The translations under genes were made by a program, and so were the position numbers. The notes below the pieces were generated by a model. The model was not told where the DNA came from and did not search any database. It saw only the letters and a list, made by a program, of their open reading frames with translations. This document shows, one piece after another, positions 57,627 through 64,000 of a stretch of DNA of 64,000 nucleotides (positions are counted from its first letter, which is position 1; every line of letters begins with the position of its first letter). Source of the DNA: an uncultured virus (IMG/VR IMGVR_UViG_3300009503_000028) (Duplodnaviria; Heunggongvirae; Uroviricota; Caudoviricetes); IMG/VR virus record IMGVR_UViG_3300009503_000028; one strand, given 5' to 3'.

Positions 57627-59149
57627 TGGATAAAGTAGATATTATAATGTTAAACTACAATGCATTAGAAATGACCAAGATGTGTATTTCTTCCCTTTTC
57701 AAGAACACAGATTATCCTTTCAATCTAATTCTTGTTGACAATGCTTCATCAGAACCTGGAACTAGAGAATTTCTAAACAGTCTAGCTAAAGAGCATAAAA
57801 ACATGATAGTTCATTTCAATGAAGTCCCAGATTCAGGGTTTGCAGTTGGAAACAATATTGGTCTAAAGTATTCTACTAATGAATTGGTTCTCTTAGCTAA
57901 CAACGATTTGTTGTTCTTTAGAAAAGACTGGTTACGGAAACTAGTTGAAGTAATGGAAAAAGATGAAAAGGTAGGATTAGTAGCTCCAAAACTGATCTAT
58001 CCAAATGATACTATTCAACATGCTGGAACTTACATTGTGCCATCATTTATACTTAACAAGCCTGAAAATACAATAGCTTGGGAACATATTGGAAGGTTCC
58101 AAGATAGTAAGAAGTATTCTTTTACAAGAGAAATGGGAGGAGTTACTTTTGCTTGTGTTTTATCAAGAAAGTCAGTTCTTGGAAAACTTGATGAGTCCTA
58201 CAAAATAGGGACTTATGAGGACAACCAGAAATGTATTGAAGTATTGGAGAAGGGCTATAAAATTGTCTATTGTGGTGAATCTGAAGTCTACCACTATGAA
58301 AGTTACACTCAGCTTAGAAGACCTAGAGAACAGTTTGAACCTCAAAGAATAGAGAATTATAAACTATTCAATAGTAGAAAGGGAGAAATCCTCAGAAGAA
58401 TGTGGGAAAAAGATTCAAAGTTGTTTGGATATTATGATCCAGACATTAAGATATCAGCTCTTGTGCTAGCAAGGGACTGTGAGAGAACTATACCTTATTG
58501 TCTAGAATCTTTAAACTTCTTCGATGAAATCATAGTCGGATACACTAAAAGTTCAGACAAAACATATGAGAAGATCAAGGGAACAAATGCTAGAATTGTT
58601 GAAATGGATGAAATTGAAGATTTCAGTAAAGCAAGAGATGATTTAGGTAAAGAAGCATCTAATGAGTTTGTTTTCTATTTGGATTCTGATGAGATAATCC
58701 ATCCAAGTGTCTATTTTGAACTTCACAGACATTTCTCATACTCTAAAAGTAATGTAACATTTCCTAGAGTTAATGTTTCAGTAACAAAATTAGCTTATAC
58801 CAATAAATATCCAGATTTACAGACTAGAGCTATACACAAAACTGCCATGAAGTGGATCGGTAAAATTCATGAAAGATTGCAAGAAATAGGAGAAATAGTT
58901 CCATATGGTATAGTTCATTTTGGGAATTGTTTAGAGACTTGGAATTTAAAGAAATGGAAATATATTTCAGACAAGAATAAGAAGTTAGGATTTTATGGAG
59001 AAATGGAAGACAAGAACCTAAATAATGAAGAGAACTTTAGAAGAATAGTTGAAGCATATTCTTCTTATCCTCAAGAACCTATAGACATTTTTGGAAGTGA
59101 AATTATTCTTCCCAAGAAAGAGAAAATATTGGAAATATCAGGTAGATAG
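57623..59149 (+). CDS. Two-domain GT2 glycosyltransferase
   Basis: LVDNAS, GFAVGNN, NND, YED; second domain with DFSKAR and YLDSDE. Confidence 0.9.
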   Translation: MMDKVDIIMLNYNALEMTKMCISSLFKNTDYPFNLILVDNASSEPGTREFLNSLAKEHKNMIVHFNEVPDSGFAVGNNIGLKYSTNELVLLANNDLLFFRKDWLRKLVEVMEKDEKVGLVAPKLIYPNDTIQHAGTYIVPSFILNKPENTIAWEHIGRFQDSKKYSFTREMGGVTFACVLSRKSVLGKLDESYKIGTYEDNQKCIEVLEKGYKIVYCGESEVYHYESYTQLRRPREQFEPQRIENYKLFNSRKGEILRRMWEKDSKLFGYYDPDIKISALVLARDCERTIPYCLESLNFFDEIIVGYTKSSDKTYEKIKGTNARIVEMDEIEDFSKARDDLGKEASNEFVFYLDSDEIIHPSVYFELHRHFSYSKSNVTFPRVNVSVTKLAYTNKYPDLQTRAIHKTAMKWIGKIHERLQEIGEIVPYGIVHFGNCLETWNLKKWKYISDKNKKLGFYGEMEDKNLNNEENFRRIVEAYSSYPQEPIDIFGSEIILPKKEKILEISGR

Positions 59150-59151
59150 GA

Positions 59152-59784
59152 ATGTACGAAGAGAATATTGAAGTTGCAAAAGACTTCCACAAGTTCCTAC
59201 ACATGAATTGGAGACTTCCTCTTTGGTTAGGGGTTATAGTTGAAAAGCTTCCTACTGAAATGTGGATTTACCAAGAACTACTTTATGATATTAGACCAAC
59301 CAAGATAATAGAAACTGGATCGGGATATGGTGGCTCAGCTCTCTTCTTTGCTTCTATACTCGATCTTCTAGGTCAGGGTCAAGTTATATCTATAGATGTC
59401 AAGGAAATTGAGAGACCTAAGCACCCCAGAATTAAGTACATTATAGGGAATTCAGTATCTGAAGAAGTCTTTCGGGAAGTCAGAAAAATGATTAAAGAAG
59501 AAGATGTTGTCTTAGTTTCTTTGGATTCGGACCACTATTGGGAACATGTTCTTAGCGAACTGGAACTCTATTCTCAACTAGTTACAGTTGGATCATATGT
59601 TGTAGTTGAAGATACGAATGAGTATGCTAGAGTTCCAATCCTGAAAAATGGAGAAAAAGAAGCAGGTCCTGAAAAAGCTGTGGAAGAATTTCTTAAGAAG
59701 CACCAAAACTTCATAGTTGATAGGTCTAGAGAAAAATTTTATATATCATGTTGTTTAAAAGGATATTTAAGGAGGATATTTTGA
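59152..59784 (+). CDS. CmcI-like (rhamnosyl O-methyltransferase / cephalosporin hydroxylase family) methyltransferase
   Basis: WIYQELL..IRP..IIETGSGYGGSA, LDSDH...HV..EL, VVEDT. Confidence 0.88.
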   Translation: MYEENIEVAKDFHKFLHMNWRLPLWLGVIVEKLPTEMWIYQELLYDIRPTKIIETGSGYGGSALFFASILDLLGQGQVISIDVKEIERPKHPRIKYIIGNSVSEEVFREVRKMIKEEDVVLVSLDSDHYWEHVLSELELYSQLVTVGSYVVVEDTNEYARVPILKNGEKEAGPEKAVEEFLKKHQNFIVDRSREKFYISCCLKGYLRRIF

Positions 59785-60752
59785 AATTGAAAAAGGTATT
59801 GATAACAGGAATTTGTGGTTTTGAAGGATCCAACATGGCTCTGCTCTGGAAAAACAAATACAATATAGCAGGGCTTGACATAACTTCAACAGCAAGGACT
59901 GAAGAACTCAAGGACATACCAATATATTATGTTGATATCAGAGAAAAAGAAGCAGTTGAGAAAGTTTTCAAATCTGCTAAACCAGATGTAATAGTTCACT
60001 TAGCAGGTCAGGTATCTCACCTCAAATCTCAAGAAGACCCATACTACGACTTAGAATGCAATGTTAAAGGGATACTCAACATCTTAGAAACTGTTAGAAA
60101 GATAAATCCAAAATGTCAGGTACTGTATGCTAGTTCTAGATCAGTATATGGCTTTCCAAAATACTTGCCAATTGATGAAGAACACCCAACAGAACCAATA
60201 GATGCCTATGGGATAACTAAGAGGACAGCAGAACACTATTGTCAACTATATACATACCATTACGGCATTAACACTACATGTTTTAGACAAGCTAATCTCT
60301 TTGGTCCAAGACAGCAAGTATGGACTAATGTTTTCCAGATGGTTTCGTGGATTTTTAGATGTGTAGCTTTGGATGAAGAATTTACATTCTATGGTGATGG
60401 TTCCCAAACTAGAGATTTTCTATATGTTGATGATGTAGTCAAAGCATATGAACTTGCAATAGAAAATCCAGAAAAAGCGTATGGTCAAATCTACAACCTT
60501 GGAGGACATGAATACTGTTCTTGGAACCAAGTAATCAAATATGCTGAAGAGGTAACTGGAAACAAAGCTAAGGTAAAATATATACCTCATTCAGAATTGA
60601 GAAGCAAACTAGAAAATCCACACAGTTGGTTAAGCTATTCTAAGTACAAGAAAGCAACTGGATGGATGCCTGTAGTTTCTGTCAAAGAAGGTTTCAAAGA
60701 GATGTACAAATATTTTATATCTGAAAAGAAGATAGAAAAATATTTAAGTTGA
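59781..60752 (+). CDS. NAD-dependent nucleotide-sugar epimerase/dehydratase
   Basis: LITGICGFEGS, HLAGQ, ASSRSVYG, YGITK, GDGSQTRDFLYVDD. Confidence 0.92.
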   Translation: MKLKKVLITGICGFEGSNMALLWKNKYNIAGLDITSTARTEELKDIPIYYVDIREKEAVEKVFKSAKPDVIVHLAGQVSHLKSQEDPYYDLECNVKGILNILETVRKINPKCQVLYASSRSVYGFPKYLPIDEEHPTEPIDAYGITKRTAEHYCQLYTYHYGINTTCFRQANLFGPRQQVWTNVFQMVSWIFRCVALDEEFTFYGDGSQTRDFLYVDDVVKAYELAIENPEKAYGQIYNLGGHEYCSWNQVIKYAEEVTGNKAKVKYIPHSELRSKLENPHSWLSYSKYKKATGWMPVVSVKEGFKEMYKYFISEKKIEKYLS

Positions 60753-60758
60753 AAATCT

Positions 60759-61322
60759 ATGTGCAATAATGCTATACTAAAGTGGATCGAGCAGAATGTT
60801 TCTAGGAAAGAGATAGAGAACAAAAGAGTACTAGAAATGGGAAGCAGGAATGTTAATGGAACAGTCAGACCTATTATAAACAAATTCAATCCTAGTGAAT
60901 ATATTGGAATAGATCTGTTACCTGGAGACTGTGTTGACATGATATTGCCAGCAGAAAAAGCTGTAGAACATTTTGGAAGAGAATCTTTTGATGTAGTGGT
61001 GTCAACTGAAATGCTTGAGCATGTCTATTCTTGGAAGCAAGTTGTTTGGAACATGAAAGAAGTATTGAAGAAAGAAGGCACTTTATTTGTTACTACTAGG
61101 TCTTATGGTTTTGGGTTGCATGACTTTCCAGCTGATTATTGGAGATTCGAAATAGAAGACTTTGAAGCTATTTTCAAAGATTTCAAAATCATCAACCTTG
61201 AAAAAGATCCAGAAGCTCCTGGTGTGTTTCTAAAAGCTATTAAACCCTTAGACTGGAAGCCAATAGATCTATTTTCTACTCCTTTTTTAGTTTATTCAAT
61301 CAGAGAAGGCAAAAGAATATAA
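60759..61322 (+). CDS. Class I SAM-dependent methyltransferase
   Basis: VLEMGSRNVNG, YIGID, FDVVVSTEMLEH, PADYWRF. Confidence 0.88.
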   Translation: MCNNAILKWIEQNVSRKEIENKRVLEMGSRNVNGTVRPIINKFNPSEYIGIDLLPGDCVDMILPAEKAVEHFGRESFDVVVSTEMLEHVYSWKQVVWNMKEVLKKEGTLFVTTRSYGFGLHDFPADYWRFEIEDFEAIFKDFKIINLEKDPEAPGVFLKAIKPLDWKPIDLFSTPFLVYSIREGKRI

Positions 61323-61323
61323 T

Positions 61324-61890
61324 ATGATATTACTTATATATATTCAAGATACCTCTTCTCTTTCTAAAAAGCTTCTACATCTTCAACTTAGAAACTACAA
61401 ACAGTTCTATTTAAAATCTATTCTTGTTTCTCCAGTAGAATTCCCAGGATATGATGGGTACAATGTAGAGTGGAGAACAGAGCTATTTCCATGTAAAACA
61501 GGAGGAGCAATAGTTAGCATAGCTCAAACTTCTAAGGAACCGATATATTATTGTAACAACAACTATCTAGTTTTTGAGAATCCATCTCTAATTGAAACAG
61601 ATAGCCTTGTAGTTTCCAGATACGAAATACCGTATCCTGTAGTTGATAGTAAACAACAATTTGTTTACAGAACGAGAAACAAATGTTTTTCCAATGAAGA
61701 AGTTTTCATTCAGCATGCTCTCTTCAAACCAGAGACAATTATGAGATATATTAGGAAAGATGTAGGAAGTATAGAAGAAATACTTGAAGATGTTCTTCCT
61801 AGACATATTATCAAGATACATAGATACAAAGGGAAATGGTACTACATTACATCTGAAGATCAGCTAGAAGCAATAGGCTTAAGAGTTTAG
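61324..61890 (+). CDS. Degenerate nucleotidyltransferase-like protein
   Basis: KTGGAI and RYKGKWYYITSEDQLE echo GTSGAL and KYKGRWFTINSLKDIE of 44185; LAGG..R loop absent. Confidence 0.45.
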   Translation: MILLIYIQDTSSLSKKLLHLQLRNYKQFYLKSILVSPVEFPGYDGYNVEWRTELFPCKTGGAIVSIAQTSKEPIYYCNNNYLVFENPSLIETDSLVVSRYEIPYPVVDSKQQFVYRTRNKCFSNEEVFIQHALFKPETIMRYIRKDVGSIEEILEDVLPRHIIKIHRYKGKWYYITSEDQLEAIGLRV

Positions 61891-61927
61891 ACTACAGAAT
61901 ACTCTGTTACTTCTGGAGAGTTGTAAC

Positions 61928-62191
61928 ATGAGTGAGTGCCAATCCAATAGATGTGAAATAGGTATCAATCCTTCAAGGAATTTCAAATATGTTTGGAGAT
62001 GTTCTAATGACAAATGTAGGTTTGTTATTCCTATCAATGATGAAACTTATAGATTATTCTTTCCTAAGCTAAGATGCCCAAAATGTGCTAGTGGACTAAT
62101 ATGCTATCCAGCAGATTGGGTTTCAAAAAGAAGGGAATCTTTAAATAGAGAACAGTCGAAATCTTCTATAGGTGAAGTAACATGCCATTAA
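61928..62191 (+). CDS. Zinc-ribbon protein
   Basis: CSNDKC...CPKC. Confidence 0.55.
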   Translation: MSECQSNRCEIGINPSRNFKYVWRCSNDKCRFVIPINDETYRLFFPKLRCPKCASGLICYPADWVSKRRESLNREQSKSSIGEVTCH

Positions 62192-62859
62192 GTAGTTTAG
62201 ACATAATGTTTTCATACACTAATACAGCTACTGGGTCATCTAACAATACTCTTTCCCTTGGTGGGACACTAAGTTGGAATGCATCAGCTACTTTACCATA
62301 TACTATTTCTTCTGGAGTAATGGATAATATATTTGATGACGTAACTGGAGACGAATCTTTCAATGGGAAAACAGAATATCGAGCTATTGCTATTTACATT
62401 GCAACTATAAACTCACCTGGCTCTTTCGATGCTATTACACCAAAAGTATGGATTTCAGGATATTATAGAGCTGGAAGTGGTGCAGATACAATATATATTA
62501 GTGCTACTACATTTGCATTGAATTCAAATACAATGCAGCTTATTGGTAATGAGACTGTTGCTCCAACTGATATTCCAGCTTTTGGTTGGTTGCCTGAAGG
62601 AGCCCCTTCAACTACTATATGGTGGGATTCAAGTAACAACCCAACAACTGTCCCTCAAACTTCAGGATCAAGTACTCTCAGAAGTAGAAATTGGGCAGGA
62701 ATCTGGTTGAAGAGAGTTGTCCCAGCTCAAGCAAGTGCTTTTAACAACAGAGCTGTCACGATAACATTCCAGTGTGAGACAACAGCTAGTCCCTACAAAC
62801 ACTTAGTTAAAAAAGATTTCATCTATAGATGGGATTCTGGTGCTCTTGAAGTTGCTTAA
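62182..62859 (+). CDS. Putative virion structural protein
   Basis: SLGG...NIFDDVTGDE..GKTEYR...GIWLKRVVPA, a pattern I recall from phage virion proteins; Ser/Thr-rich beta composition. Confidence 0.55.
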   Translation: MPLSSLDIMFSYTNTATGSSNNTLSLGGTLSWNASATLPYTISSGVMDNIFDDVTGDESFNGKTEYRAIAIYIATINSPGSFDAITPKVWISGYYRAGSGADTIYISATTFALNSNTMQLIGNETVAPTDIPAFGWLPEGAPSTTIWWDSSNNPTTVPQTSGSSTLRSRNWAGIWLKRVVPAQASAFNNRAVTITFQCETTASPYKHLVKKDFIYRWDSGALEVA

Positions 62860-63118
62860 GAAGTTCAGAGAAAAACTTCCCCCCACTCTTTCTTATGGAA
62901 TTTTCAAACCATGTAGAAGATGTGTTTACCAGAAGCATTCAGAACCTATACTGATTGTTTCTGCTTCTAGAGGACCTAGAATTATACTTGATCCTTCAGG
63001 AGGATGCTATGTAAGAGTCAGTGATTGTATCGGATATGAAAAATGTGGTAAATGTTTTGAAGCTGTAAAAGGTAAAGTCCCAAACTGTAAATGGAAATCT
63101 TTTTGTAGCAGAAAATAG
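62840..63118 (+). CDS. Small Cys-rich basic protein
   Basis: CRRC, CGKC. Confidence 0.45.
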   Translation: MLLKLLKKFREKLPPTLSYGIFKPCRRCVYQKHSEPILIVSASRGPRIILDPSGGCYVRVSDCIGYEKCGKCFEAVKGKVPNCKWKSFCSRK

Positions 63119-63141
63119 TTTAAAAGCAATAGGGAACTGAT

Positions 63142-63792
63142 ATGCCTGCTCCAACTATATCTGTATATTTCAATACAATAGACCAAGAAACAACTATTGG
63201 AATGACTAATATTTCAGGGAAGTGGCTATATTGGGCAGGACCTCAAACTACTGGTAGTGCACTAGATCCTGTTACTAGAGAAATATATAACAAGTGGGTT
63301 GAAAAGTTATGGATTGCAGATCCTTCAGTATTTGCTAATGGCACAATAGTTTCAAGCTATCATCCTCCTGGGCAGACGCCAAATAGATGTATGTTCATGA
63401 TTCGCTTAGACTCTGGAACTCTAAGTGATGTAGTCCAAATGACTGCTTTCGACAATACACTCCATACAACTTGGAGTTCAGAAATATTCGGTACTGACAA
63501 TACTAACTACACTTCTTGGCTGAAAGCTGCTCCGACTGGATACATCCACAGTGGAAACACTCTTCTATTGAATGTGTCAGCAGGGTGGGCTACTTTCACA
63601 ACTGCAACTACTCCTCAAAACGACACTCCAAATGCTCTAAAAGGCACTGTTAACTATATTACATGGTCTTCAATACCGGTAGTAGGAGATGCTCTTCTTG
63701 GTATCTTAGCTTGTGTAGTTCCAAGTGATGCTTCAGCTGGTTCATCTGGAAAGACTCCAGTTATTACAGTAATTTACAGGTGGACTGAATAG
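63142..63792 (+). CDS. Putative virion structural protein
   Basis: Thr/Ser/Gly-rich beta composition; VITVIYRWT C-terminus. Confidence 0.5.
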   Translation: MPAPTISVYFNTIDQETTIGMTNISGKWLYWAGPQTTGSALDPVTREIYNKWVEKLWIADPSVFANGTIVSSYHPPGQTPNRCMFMIRLDSGTLSDVVQMTAFDNTLHTTWSSEIFGTDNTNYTSWLKAAPTGYIHSGNTLLLNVSAGWATFTTATTPQNDTPNALKGTVNYITWSSIPVVGDALLGILACVVPSDASAGSSGKTPVITVIYRWTE

Positions 63793-63793
63793 T

Positions 63794-64000
63794 TTGTGGA
63801 AGATAATCTATTGTGATGGTACAACTTATTCTAGTGATGATTGCAGTTTTCTTACCTTGCCAAGGGATAAAGAGGTAGATTCTCTACAATTGGTCAGTAA
63901 AGACAAAATATTTGTTCTTAAGTCTCCAGACAAGAAATTTAGATTCATCTATAATAAAGTAGCTTTTCAATCTCTTATTTATGGAAATACTGTTGTTCTT
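63794..64000 (+). CDS. 3'-truncated hypothetical protein
   Basis: TTG start just after the upstream stop; WKIIYCDG...; frame open to the window end. Confidence 0.5.
   Translation, partial: MWKIIYCDGTTYSSDDCSFLTLPRDKEVDSLQLVSKDKIFVLKSPDKKFRFIYNKVAFQSLIYGNTVVL

Larger units (their letters stand above)
1..64000. mobile_element. Archaeal tailed virus (Caudoviricetes, siphovirus-like) genome segment; no host genes or attachment sites seen
   Basis: Terminase, portal, prohead protease, capsid, neck, tail tube, chaperone with frameshift, tape measure and tail fibre genes occur together with RadA, PolB, ERCC4, TATA boxes and GGTGA SD sites. Confidence 0.93.

Noticed and set aside
568..63118. Many short ORFs antisense to long genes in the ORF track
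   Set aside because: They are shadows of well-supported genes on the other strand, with no SD or recognisable motifs
1..64000. Provirus boundaries or integrase
   Set aside because: No integrase, att-like repeat or host housekeeping gene recognised in the window

Overview
The whole window is part of the genome of a tailed, HK97-fold dsDNA virus (Caudoviricetes, siphovirus-like) that infects an archaeon. Archaeal evidence: RadA, an archaeal-type PolB ending in a PIP-like box, an ERCC4/XPF nuclease, TATA-box promoters and GGTGA/GGAG Shine-Dalgarno sites. One secreted protein resembles a family I associate with Bathyarchaeia (recalled, not searched). Layout: head-neck-tail module at 1-16.3 kb, with a clear -1 frameshift in the tail chaperone; terminase small and large subunits on the minus strand at 16.3-18.1 kb; a divergent AT-rich control region with a local CpG cluster at 18.9-19.7 kb; an early region at 19-30 kb; DNA metabolism and auxiliary genes at 30-51 kb; then an intein-containing Nal1-like protease, the portal, a glycosylation cluster and more virion genes at 51.7-64 kb. 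The most striking signal is that about 13 mostly unrelated small early proteins end in the same motif (helix + [LIMVF]-G-R-K-E) and surround a MoxR AAA+ ATPase / vWA-metallopeptidase pair. This suggests a tag-directed viral chaperone, sorting or proteolysis system. Two promoter-preceded structured RNA candidates (about 40.2 and 41.0 kb), a G-N4 pentamer array beside ParB-like genes and an amidinotransferase + pyruvoyl decarboxylase pair also stand out. All calls come from motif recognition by eye; no database searches were run.
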